Source of the DNA: a virus
Taxonomy: Duplodnaviria; Caudoviricetes
Reading direction: 5' to 3' (one strand)
DNA length: 53,506 nucleotides
IMG/VR virus record: IMGVR_UViG_3300027749_000141
Span: 1 to 53,506 of that record
Shown piece by piece: positions 32,801-41,334 of this stretch. The translations under genes were made by a program, and so were the position numbers. Below the pieces are notes generated by a model that was not told the origin of the DNA, did not search any database, and was given only the letters and a program-made list of their open reading frames with translations. The stretch's first letter is position 1. Each line of letters opens with the position of its first letter.

Positions 32801-35267
32801 TCGGTTGTGAATTAACAGGTAAATTTGCCTCGATTTTAATAAATGGGCTATTTTGTTCAAATTTACTGTTACCTTCTTCCGGATACCCTCCGGAATAAAA
32901 TTTAATTTGAAAATACTCTGCATCTTCGTATACATTGTCTTGTCTAATCGTGCGTTCAAAACTGTAAACTCCAGACGAATTGAGATTAAATGACCCTCGC
33001 ATTAACGGATTTGTAGCATAATCAGAAAAATCTTCATTAGAAATTCCTGTACCGAATGCGTCTGTTTTCCAGTATAACTTATTTCCGGCTGCAGATGTAC
33101 CGCCATTAATTGTAAAAGTTACAATTTTAGTCTCCGCCACAACTAACGGATCTGCGATAACAGTATAAACACTAGCAGGCACCGTAGTATCGATCGGAGC
33201 AGTAGGCGGTGGGTCAGAAATTGTAACATAAGGACTGTTCTGTACAAGTTTACTAGTCGAAACTGCTTCGTCTGGGAATCCTCCAGTATATAACTTAATT
33301 CGAAAATATTCATCACCTTCTAATGATTTGTCAGTATTAATTGTTCGAGTTAAATCATAAGTACCGTTTGAATTAAGAACAACGGTGCCGCGCATGAGTG
33401 GATTTGTTGCATAGTCAAAGAAGTCTTCTTTAGTTAATTCAGTACCATATGATTCGGTGGTCCAATAAACTCGGACTCCGGCTGCAGATGTACCGCCATC
33501 TATGCTAAATGTAACAGTATCTCCTTCGATTAATTTAGAAGGAGCTGCACTTATTGTATAGTTACTAGTAATAACCGGATCAGCAGTTAAATTAATAATT
33601 TGAACATCAGTACTAGTTTTTACCAATTTACTTGTCGATGCAGCCGGATACCCACCAGTATATAAATTAATCCGAAAATATTCTTTACTTTCAACTACAG
33701 TATCAAGTCGTGCAGTTCTCAATAATTCATAACTTCCCAATGCATTAAGATCAAAATACCCTTGCATATCTGGATTAGTTTGATAATCAGTAAAATCTTC
33801 AAAGGTAATACCTGCACCTTCAGTTGTCCAGTACAATCTGGTACCAACAGGGGCATTTGTAGAAGTAATTTTAAAAGTTACCGGTGTTTGCCCTTCTGAT
33901 ATTATAGTCGGTATTGGTTCAATATTAAACGTCGGTAAAAATGCATCAGTAATAGCTATATCCTGGCTTTCAATAAGAAACTTACTGTTAACATTAACGT
34001 CATCAGGGTATCCGTTACTATATAATTTAATTCGAAATTTTTCAGTTCCTTCTGGAATCGTACCATCTATTCTTGCAGAACGGCTAATATACCCTTTTCC
34101 TTGATTGTCAATCTGAACAGTGCCGCGCATTAATAAATTCGTAGCGTAATCAGAAAAATCTTCAGGTGTTATGTTTGCACCAGTGGTTGTCCAGTATAAA
34201 ATTGTACCGTTGTAAACAAACGTCGTAGCAATTGTAAAATTAACCGGTACACTACCTTCAGTTATTACTAGTGGTGAAATTGATTCAAAACTATATGTAG
34301 GAGTAGGTTCAACCGGTGGGACAGTAATAATGACCGATGACCCCGGAGCCGGTGCTGAAATTGTTGCAGTTATATCGTTCCCGTCGGCTACTGCTCCGTC
34401 TACTAGCGCACTTTTAGCTGCAGGAATCGGTACTTCTACATTCGATCCAGATGCATGATACGATTTTAATATACTAGTTAACGTTCCGTCAATGTTAACA
34501 TCTCCGCCGATCGTCGATAAATCGCGAAACTCAATAGTAAAAATTATTTGAGCAAGCGATGTTCCGGTTTTTGCAAGAATTCTGTAATCATTAGGAGTGT
34601 AAGAGTCAGTAGTAACCGATTGAAAAATCACTTGGTTAGATGCAGTTAATGTCAAATATCCGATTGCTGATCCAATACCTGCACCAGTTGCTGCAGTTAT
34701 GACATGATTAAAGGTTACGGTACCTATAGAACTTAAAAGATTTGTCCACGACGCATTCTTAATATCTGCAGTACCGCTAGTACGAGAAGAAGTAAACTCA
34801 AAGGTACTTCCGGTATTAAAATACCACCTTGCTGCAGATACACTACTAAATGTAACTACTATTAAGTGGGTAGCAACGCCGTTCCACGCCGACGTGCGCG
34901 TACCAACTACTAAATTTTCTCGTGTCGCTTGCGAACTAGGCGGGGTAATAAGCCGATTAGTTTCTGCAGCAGTTAACACTGATGATAATGTTAGAAAGTA
35001 ATTGTTTACTACTGTAGTTGACGCAGGTGTTAACAGCGGAATACTAGCCGATTCGTTAACACCTGTTTGATGTTGGCGAATTTTTAACAAATCAAGTCTA
35101 AGATTATTCCAATCATTGGCAAGAATTGTCGTGCGTGGTAAAATTTGACTACTGTATACGTTTTGGCCGTAACCGTAGGTATCTTCACCTGTTCCTAAAA
35201 TCTGAGAAATTTTTGACTGGATAACATTATAATCGTTATGAACAACCGGGGTATTTTGACCAGACAT
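29820..35267 (-). CDS. Large tail fibre/adhesin: virion-anchor domain, nine Calx-beta/Ig-like repeats, PA14-like insert, glycine-rich C-terminal domain
   Basis: Repeating EG..V.F.I....GT.LYW....DF....G......D...EG.E.F.I.L units; C-terminal WTVP.G.TSI.I.V.GAGGG...GGGG domain. Confidence 0.8.
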   Translation of the reverse strand: MSGQNTPVVHNDYNVIQSKISQILGTGEDTYGYGQNVYSSQILPRTTILANDWNNLRLDLLKIRQHQTGVNESASIPLLTPASTTVVNNYFLTLSSVLTAAETNRLITPPSSQATRENLVVGTRTSAWNGVATHLIVVTFSSVSAARWYFNTGSTFEFTSSRTSGTADIKNASWTNLLSSIGTVTFNHVITAATGAGIGSAIGYLTLTASNQVIFQSVTTDSYTPNDYRILAKTGTSLAQIIFTIEFRDLSTIGGDVNIDGTLTSILKSYHASGSNVEVPIPAAKSALVDGAVADGNDITATISAPAPGSSVIITVPPVEPTPTYSFESISPLVITEGSVPVNFTIATTFVYNGTILYWTTTGANITPEDFSDYATNLLMRGTVQIDNQGKGYISRSARIDGTIPEGTEKFRIKLYSNGYPDDVNVNSKFLIESQDIAITDAFLPTFNIEPIPTIISEGQTPVTFKITSTNAPVGTRLYWTTEGAGITFEDFTDYQTNPDMQGYFDLNALGSYELLRTARLDTVVESKEYFRINLYTGGYPAASTSKLVKTSTDVQIINLTADPVITSNYTISAAPSKLIEGDTVTFSIDGGTSAAGVRVYWTTESYGTELTKEDFFDYATNPLMRGTVVLNSNGTYDLTRTINTDKSLEGDEYFRIKLYTGGFPDEAVSTSKLVQNSPYVTISDPPPTAPIDTTVPASVYTVIADPLVVAETKIVTFTINGGTSAAGNKLYWKTDAFGTGISNEDFSDYATNPLMRGSFNLNSSGVYSFERTIRQDNVYEDAEYFQIKFYSGGYPEEGNSKFEQNSPFIKIEANLPVNSQPNPTATYSIVPFPDESVSSITEGANGISFKVSTENVPVDTVLYWTTVSVSSDINEVTAADFTDYDTNPDMRGRVYIGPTGEALDLIVRAAQFDKNVENKKFAIALRTNRYSGDVVKTSKTISILDSASTFSITPDANIVGEGISQVNYTVHTTGIPNGTVLYWTTKLYETNGVEAADFIDYLTNPDMRGTVTVDSTQPDPKIVRALRADQKSEDTEVFAIELRTKSYTGQVVASSLGDNNDEPPTTILDLSQDPNYSLTASAVTIPSASINETTNRLILVTFTNIGVPIGTKLYYSLATGPGKISFADVTKFSGPTLNETEQSFIVSGPTMVWQWQIVEDHISETTETFAMQIRSGSKTGSLLASNPSLIVLDTSRDPVYSISATPLIVNETTTTTITVTLSITNAYNGVQRYLNISGLAGWSDLAYVSGPTLDSNYGFLTSGASMVWAFNVLTDHLTEGTELFTVDVANALPAASNIIASTQSITINDTSKDYPTYAILGTTGVSSSPNNVDEATTTAHVTTTVVREQIWNMKTAGSDLAGITVHGLTGDVWGKFMNANAVYFKGGSTANWKVKFPHTGEYIFQHGSDQSGTFLVDSTQVAHTGFTYGGSGVQTSVTLSAGEHTVTVTYAGDGHGSDGVALVIYDTTASTTSYTTTQPTVTFNIATTTIDMDTVLYWRIVNDSGTEINLADFSGLTSLDDTVTIDSLGNGLIILPIAEDKDTEGPESFKVELYTDSMYTNKVRTSNTITISDTSKTPAGAQVFAQPNQYSWTVPRGITSIQITVDGAGGGSGGKDDNKAGHGGYSGARVSGTLAVTPSEVLTIGVGGGGNFGSNQVTNKGAGVGGLGAGGLYAGGIGGNAGPTGSSGAGGGGGAASFILRDGVPIVVAAGGGGGGGAGLNGSGLDSIVPAVYSASVNGGPGPFRIGDGGGPGGGGAGHPFGGMGGTYNSGDTGAYSGQTGQSLVPGGCIAAVATNGGTYHFPGGTGSITLKWG

Positions 35268-35277
35268 GTAAATCCTC

Positions 35278-36798
35278 TTATAGTATTACTGCTTCGACAA
35301 TTTTAACTTCTAAGTCTTCACTAGATTCAAGCGCAATTGCAAATATAAAATTAGTGTGTGCCGAAACATAAGTAGTCGATTCTGCAACACCAGGAATTGT
35401 CGATGCAATTAAATAATCTCCTTTGTTAACAGCGCCTGTTACCTTAACTGGCACTCTGCCTTTTAATGCAATATATGTTCCACCTACTAATCCAGTATTC
35501 ATCATATATGCAGGATTTTCGGATATCGTTCCTAGTGGTCTAGAACCAAATGTTGCAGCAGTGACTTCTTTATCGCCTCCGACTTTAACTACGGTGCCAA
35601 CTTCATAATCTTCATCTGCTAGATATTTTTCCGCTAAGTCAGCATAATACGCAGCAGTTGCAGTTCCTACAAAAAAGTTTGCCTTAATAGATCCTGCAGT
35701 TATATTAACACCACTAATTGTTTCATCTGCTGATGTTCTTGCAACAATTGTACCTGATGATGCAGCAGTACTTGCTATTCGGAAAGTTCCGCCTACGTTT
35801 AGGGAATTTGCTTGATCAGCAGTTCCGGACATTGAATCTGCAAATATTCGATTATATTTTAAAGTTGAAGAGCCAATGTTTGATGTAAGATGAATGCCAG
35901 GAAGTAAGTCTAAACCAACTAACTTTAACGGGGTATTCGTAGTAACGCCTATTGTTGTTTTAAATACTATAGTATCACTTAACTTATTGTGAATAGTCGG
36001 AACTAAGCTACTGTCGTTATAAACCCACAACCGCCGATTCGGTAACCCAACAGAAAAACCAACATCACCAAATTTAACTAAAGTATCAAATTCCAAATCA
36101 CTATTTAACACGAAATCACCCGCAACATATCCGCCTAATCTGTCTGCATTAGTTGCAGTTCCCCAAAATCTATGAGAACTCTGTGTTTGCCCTGGAAATG
36201 TATCAGTATGAGTATTGTATAAAGTTATACCCTGTCTAATAACGGTAAATCCGGTAATACTACTATTTGAATCTAATTCATACGCATCGTCGGCACTAAT
36301 AACAAAAATCGTTGCATCATTTACAATTGCTTCGATTATTGCATGGGTCGCTCCGCCGGTTCCGATAGTAGCAGTTACTGTTCGTGAACGCATTTGAGTT
36401 AAATGTGAACCGGTACCTTGTGGTCCAACTAAAACAAAACTAGAACCATCATATGCTTTTAATTGTTTATTGATCGAGTCCCACCACAAATCGCCCTCGG
36501 TTAAATTTGCAGGAGATATATTACTAACTTCTGATCCGCCCGCAATACGCCACCGCACGCTATCAAAAAATTTTAATTTCTTTGTCGCAGTGTCAAACCA
36601 TAGCTGGCCAGTAACTGCCCTCGAAGGTGCTGTCGAATTTGCAAAATTTTCAAGTAGCCATACAAAATTTTCATTTTGAGCTTCGCCGTAACCTGCATAA
36701 TTTTTACCGATTAGTTTAATATCTAAACTAGTGTTTATTGTACCGTCTTCTACTATTGCAACTTGTTCTCTATTATAATTGTTGATGATATATGACAT
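35278..36798 (-). CDS. Tail fibre protein with C-terminal intramolecular chaperone/peptidase G2-like domain
   Basis: Shared N-terminus LIGKNYAGYGE..NENF..LLENFA; C-terminal YADLAEKY...ISENPAY...IALKGRVPVKV.G.V.KGD. Confidence 0.75.
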   Translation of the reverse strand: MSYIINNYNREQVAIVEDGTINTSLDIKLIGKNYAGYGEAQNENFVWLLENFANSTAPSRAVTGQLWFDTATKKLKFFDSVRWRIAGGSEVSNISPANLTEGDLWWDSINKQLKAYDGSSFVLVGPQGTGSHLTQMRSRTVTATIGTGGATHAIIEAIVNDATIFVISADDAYELDSNSSITGFTVIRQGITLYNTHTDTFPGQTQSSHRFWGTATNADRLGGYVAGDFVLNSDLEFDTLVKFGDVGFSVGLPNRRLWVYNDSSLVPTIHNKLSDTIVFKTTIGVTTNTPLKLVGLDLLPGIHLTSNIGSSTLKYNRIFADSMSGTADQANSLNVGGTFRIASTAASSGTIVARTSADETISGVNITAGSIKANFFVGTATAAYYADLAEKYLADEDYEVGTVVKVGGDKEVTAATFGSRPLGTISENPAYMMNTGLVGGTYIALKGRVPVKVTGAVNKGDYLIASTIPGVAESTTYVSAHTNFIFAIALESSEDLEVKIVEAVIL

Positions 36799-36821
36799 CT
36801 CAGTTATTCCTCAGTATCTAG

Positions 36822-36829
36822 TATTTATA
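36822..36829 (-). promoter_or_regulatory. T4-type late promoter TATAAATA
   Basis: Exact TATAAATA on the - strand in the intergenic gap upstream of a GAGGA SD and ATG 36798. Confidence 0.6.
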
Positions 36830-36831
36830 TG

Positions 36832-38502
36832 TTATAGATCGTTTTGATAAACCCAAACGCCACTACGCAATTCATAGGCTCGGATTGTTAGTACTCCACT
36901 TGCTGTGCAACATGCTCGGCAAATTGGACCATTAACACCTGCAACCGAATGCTCTGCAGGCGGAAATAATTTATTTAAATATATCGAAGCAATTTGAAGA
37001 ATTGTTAGGCCAGTAGTATCCAATGAAACTACTAACGCTTGTTGTTTAACTGTATTATATAATGTAAGAAAATTAACTGCGTCATTATCATCTGTAGGAG
37101 TTGCAAGATTTGTAATTTTTTTACTACTCACATCCACAGTGCCTGTACCTTTTGGTTCTAATATAATAGTGCCGTTTGCTTGCGAATTATTAACATAACT
37201 AATTGTTGTATCGTTGACATTTAAATTGTCAACTTGTAACGAAGTTAGCGTGCCTATACTAGAAAGACCAGGAGCCGATGTAATTGTCGATCCTAATGCA
37301 GAAGAAGTTAATACTGCAGTGTTGTTAATTTTATATGTTTTACCCGTAACTAGATTAAACGATTCTGACGAAGTCCAACTTAGTGATAATAAGTCCCAAG
37401 TTAACGTTTTATTGATATCAGTACCTGCAGCAATACTAATCCCTGATCCGTCTGCAGTAGTGTTAGTTGGGGTTGTAGTTTTTGCTAACAGGATAACTTT
37501 ATCTGAAATTTCTAAATTAGTAGTGTTAATTGAGGTCAATGCACCGATAACGTTTAAACTTCCTTGAATAACAACATCTCCATTAACATCCAATGTTGCT
37601 GTGGGATTATTTTTAAATATGCCCACTCTTTGATTAACAGTGTTAACATGTATACTAGGTAATAATTGATTATTATGTAACACATTAATTTGAAAATTTT
37701 GATCAGCTGAATTTGAATTAATTTTACATATTAAATCATCAACTACAATTTCAGTATTACTATTTGTCCCTAAAATTAACGGGGTTCTTTTTTGTATAGA
37801 CAATGTGCCAACAATTGCTGAATCTGCGTTATTTGCAACAACTGCATCAGCAGTTACAACTGTGCCCGACGAGTCGACTAATGATTCTGCACGAGTTGCA
37901 GTAGTGTTAAATTTAATACCTGCGTATTCGCTCGCGTTAAAACCAATTTTAATAATTCCAGAATACCCTGAAATATTAACAGAAGGGGTAAACATAGTTT
38001 TACTAAATATACCAATTAACGAAGTCGAAATATACAATAATAATATAGTATGATTAATGTTACTAGTGTCCAGCACATCAACAGTTTTAAATCCTGAGGT
38101 ACCTTGTTGTGCGTTATATTGCGGTCCGATTAATACCGGCGAAATACCATTGTAAAAATAAAGCTGTTGGCGGACACTGTCAATCCAAAAATCGCCTGCA
38201 GATATTGAACTCGGTGGGGTATTTTGATAAAACGCGCCACCGCTAACTCTAAAAGTCAACCCGTCATACACTTTTAATCGGTTATCAGTTAGGTCAAACC
38301 AAAGCTGCCCAGTAATTGGTTTATTAGGCTGCGCAGTACTTGAAAAATTCTCTAATAAATGAATAAAATTTTCATTTAAAAATTCTCCATACGAGCTAAA
38401 ATTTTTACCAATTAATGTCAAATCTGTTGTTGTCTGATCAATTACCCCGTCGATAATCTCTGTTATTTTTGACCCATCGGTCTTATTTAAAATGTAACTC
38501 AT
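36832..38502 (-). CDS. Tail fibre/baseplate-associated protein
   Basis: Shared N-terminus LIGKNFSSYGE..NENF..LLENF; fibre motifs VGI...NPTATLDVNG and KKITNLATPT...DAVN. Confidence 0.75.
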   Translation of the reverse strand: MSYILNKTDGSKITEIIDGVIDQTTTDLTLIGKNFSSYGEFLNENFIHLLENFSSTAQPNKPITGQLWFDLTDNRLKVYDGLTFRVSGGAFYQNTPPSSISAGDFWIDSVRQQLYFYNGISPVLIGPQYNAQQGTSGFKTVDVLDTSNINHTILLLYISTSLIGIFSKTMFTPSVNISGYSGIIKIGFNASEYAGIKFNTTATRAESLVDSSGTVVTADAVVANNADSAIVGTLSIQKRTPLILGTNSNTEIVVDDLICKINSNSADQNFQINVLHNNQLLPSIHVNTVNQRVGIFKNNPTATLDVNGDVVIQGSLNVIGALTSINTTNLEISDKVILLAKTTTPTNTTADGSGISIAAGTDINKTLTWDLLSLSWTSSESFNLVTGKTYKINNTAVLTSSALGSTITSAPGLSSIGTLTSLQVDNLNVNDTTISYVNNSQANGTIILEPKGTGTVDVSSKKITNLATPTDDNDAVNFLTLYNTVKQQALVVSLDTTGLTILQIASIYLNKLFPPAEHSVAGVNGPICRACCTASGVLTIRAYELRSGVWVYQNDL

Positions 38503-40676
38503 TATAATACACCAGTAAAAATTATATAATTAATAGTTTGATATGGATTCATCGTAGTAAAAGATGTACCTAACGAAGGCGTATCAACTCCACCTGTACG
38601 GCTAACGCCGCGCCCTGCAGCACCTGCTGCAAAACTTGCGCCAACAACACCATTTACATCAGTAAGTGACCCACCTGCAATACTACCTGCATAATAGTCA
38701 GCAGTGTCGTTTGATAATTTGTGACCATGTTCAGGAAGATTTGAAATCGATAACGAACTCGAATCAGCACCAGATCCTGCACCTGTTATATCTGCCGATG
38801 CGTCTGATACTCGATTTGCCGAATCAGATGAATTAAAACCGCCATTTCGTCGACCGCCTGCATTAATTTCTGTACCGTCGCCAGTGGTTACAGTTAAATT
38901 ATTATCCATGTTGTCACGCCCTAAAGGGAAACGACCTCTTAGATCAGGTAATGCAAACGTACCTGCACCTAATAATAAAGTAATATCGCGATATTTGATG
39001 CCAATCACATTAAATAATTCAATGTATGTTGATTGCTTTACTTCGCTGCCGTCACACAACAAATAACCTGCTGGAATAGTATCACCGGCAAATGGAAAAA
39101 TTGCACCAACCGGAACAAACGGAACTTGCGATAATAATGCTGATTTAGTTGTTCGCTTCAGCCCGCCATTTGTACCGCTTCGATATATTAAAAGCTGGTC
39201 GGTCAACGAGGTTGTAGACACCAAGTCTTTTTCAGTAATAATAGATTGGCTGATTGTAGTAACAAATGTTTCAGTCCCTGTTTGCGATTGGCCGTTAAAA
39301 CTAATGCTGTTACTTTCTACGTCGCCTGTTAAATTAAAAACTGTTGGACTTGCCAGTGCGCTTGCGGTTCCACTAAGTGATCCTAAAAAATTTCCAGTAA
39401 ATGTTCCTTGAAATGTAGATGTTGCATCACCGACTGATTGTGCGTAGATGTTTCTAAATTTACGAGTTGCAGAGCCGATATCGTATAAGGGCAAAAGTGA
39501 TGCTGAATTAGTATACCCCGGAAGGATTACGCTACCGCCAATTGGATCATTATTAGAATTTAAATTATTAAGAATTACATTACCGGAAAAAGTAACCGAT
39601 CCATTAAATCTCGATTGTTTTGCAACCGACAAGCCGCCTGCTGTTATAATACTGCCAGTACCTGTTGAAGTTGCATCAGTAGTCCCTGAAACAATAATAT
39701 TACTGCTAACTGCAATGTTTCCGATAACGTCTAACACTTCCTGTGGATCGTTATTATTTGGTCCTACTCCGATGTATGTATTTGATTTTATATACATTGC
39801 AGTTGTAACTACTGAATTATCATTAACCCTAATATCAATACTTTTTCCGGACGTTTTTGAAAATAAACTAGTACTAGTAGTGTCATTCGAAATATTAAAA
39901 CTTAAATCACTACCTAGACTAATACCTGCGTCTGCCCTGACACTAAGAGGAACGTCAAGAGGAGTAGTAACATCAGTCCTCACAAAGTTTGTAGACTTAA
40001 CTGATACATTATTAACTATCAATGCGTCTGCATTAGTTGATGTTCCCCAAAATTTTGTCGGTGTTATTAGCGAATCACTATCAACTGTGCTTAGGTTAAT
40101 CCCTTGATTAATAATCGGAAATCCAATAATTACGGTTTTTGGTGTAAAAGAAGTTTTACTTACAATTGCAATTCGATTATTTTGTGAAAACAGCGTTATT
40201 ACCGAATATTCATTGTTGTTAATGTCTGTAATAATTTCAATATCGGGACCTGTTTTTAACCCTGCACTATATTGAGGACCGACCAATAGCCAAGTCGATC
40301 CTGAAAATATATATAATTGTTGATTAACAGTGTCGACCCACAAATCACCACTGTTACTATTTGCAACTAGTGGTGCAGTTGTTGCTTTCTTTACAGAGCC
40401 AGCAGGTGACCAGGTAGTACCGTCGTACACTTTAAGAAGATTAATACCTGCAGAATTATCATACCATAGCTGGCCTTCAATAGGATTTGCCGGTGGAACA
40501 TTTTTTGCAAAATTTTCAAGAATATGTAAAAAATTTTCTGCAAAAACAGTGCCGTATCCTGCATAATTTTTTCCAACAAAAGTCAAACTAGTTTGGGTGT
40601 TAAGCGATTGGTCGTCAACTGTTAATGCTGGTTTTGCAGGGTTAGTTAATTCAGTAAATTTAACTTGATATGACAT
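38502..40676 (-). CDS. Tail fibre protein with phage tail collar domain
   Basis: PVGAIFPFAG..IPAGYLLCDGS...LF.VIG...FALPDLRGRFPLG collar motif; C-terminal MNPYQTINYII; same N-terminal module as its neighbours. Confidence 0.85.
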   Translation of the reverse strand: MSYQVKFTELTNPAKPALTVDDQSLNTQTSLTFVGKNYAGYGTVFAENFLHILENFAKNVPPANPIEGQLWYDNSAGINLLKVYDGTTWSPAGSVKKATTAPLVANSNSGDLWVDTVNQQLYIFSGSTWLLVGPQYSAGLKTGPDIEIITDINNNEYSVITLFSQNNRIAIVSKTSFTPKTVIIGFPIINQGINLSTVDSDSLITPTKFWGTSTNADALIVNNVSVKSTNFVRTDVTTPLDVPLSVRADAGISLGSDLSFNISNDTTSTSLFSKTSGKSIDIRVNDNSVVTTAMYIKSNTYIGVGPNNNDPQEVLDVIGNIAVSSNIIVSGTTDATSTGTGSIITAGGLSVAKQSRFNGSVTFSGNVILNNLNSNNDPIGGSVILPGYTNSASLLPLYDIGSATRKFRNIYAQSVGDATSTFQGTFTGNFLGSLSGTASALASPTVFNLTGDVESNSISFNGQSQTGTETFVTTISQSIITEKDLVSTTSLTDQLLIYRSGTNGGLKRTTKSALLSQVPFVPVGAIFPFAGDTIPAGYLLCDGSEVKQSTYIELFNVIGIKYRDITLLLGAGTFALPDLRGRFPLGRDNMDNNLTVTTGDGTEINAGGRRNGGFNSSDSANRVSDASADITGAGSGADSSSLSISNLPEHGHKLSNDTADYYAGSIAGGSLTDVNGVVGASFAAGAAGRGVSRTGGVDTPSLGTSFTTMNPYQTINYIIFTGVL

Positions 40677-40677
40677 T

Positions 40678-41286
40678 TTAAACTCCCGCTAAGCCAGTAA
40701 GACTTTGAATACGAACTGTATAATCAATCTGTATCAATCTATTCAATGATTTTTGAACTGGGTGAAAAATAACATGAGTAATTAGCATACTATCACCAGT
40801 AGTGCTATATGATTTTAACCCAAGTTCGTCAAAAATAAACAAACTACTACCATCAGTAGCAGTATCGTATGCATCTTGACCAGTAGGTTCGCCGTAATCT
40901 AGTAAACACGTAACAAATACATCTGTATAATTAGTACCAGTTACATGCCGTGTTTCAATAAAATTTCTAGTAGGATCAATGTTGTTACTCGAACGATCAT
41001 CAACGACTTTTGCAAATGTTTGATTATACAAACTTGCATTTGACCCTGCGCTGTTCGGAGTTAAGTACGTGATAATTCCTGTCGGGTCAATAGCAGTGCC
41101 GCCATTTCCGAACCCCATCTCGTAAATAAAACCTTGTCCACTGTTAGCTAAACTTTGTGCCAATGCAATGCTTATATTTTCATAATGAATTGCATTGCGT
41201 TTATTCACAAAAATTTCTTTTGTATTAGGATCAAATATTTTAAGGTGCCCCTCAACATGAATCCCTGTTAACTCTTTACTTTGCAT
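40678..41286 (-). CDS. Putative baseplate/tail structural protein
   Basis: 202 aa beta-rich ORF between the giant structural gene and the fibres; FGNGG, FDELGL, HPVQKSLNR motifs. Confidence 0.6.
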   Translation of the reverse strand: MQSKELTGIHVEGHLKIFDPNTKEIFVNKRNAIHYENISIALAQSLANSGQGFIYEMGFGNGGTAIDPTGIITYLTPNSAGSNASLYNQTFAKVVDDRSSNNIDPTRNFIETRHVTGTNYTDVFVTCLLDYGEPTGQDAYDTATDGSSLFIFDELGLKSYSTTGDSMLITHVIFHPVQKSLNRLIQIDYTVRIQSLTGLAGV

Positions 41287-41306
41287 AGTGATCTCTCTTT
41301 ATCGTA

Positions 41307-41314
41307 TATTTATC
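41307..41314 (-). promoter_or_regulatory. Putative late promoter motif GATAAATA
   Basis: TAAATA core on the - strand about 20 nt upstream of ATG 41286. Confidence 0.5.
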
Positions 41315-41334
41315 ATGTTCTATTATCTGCTAGT

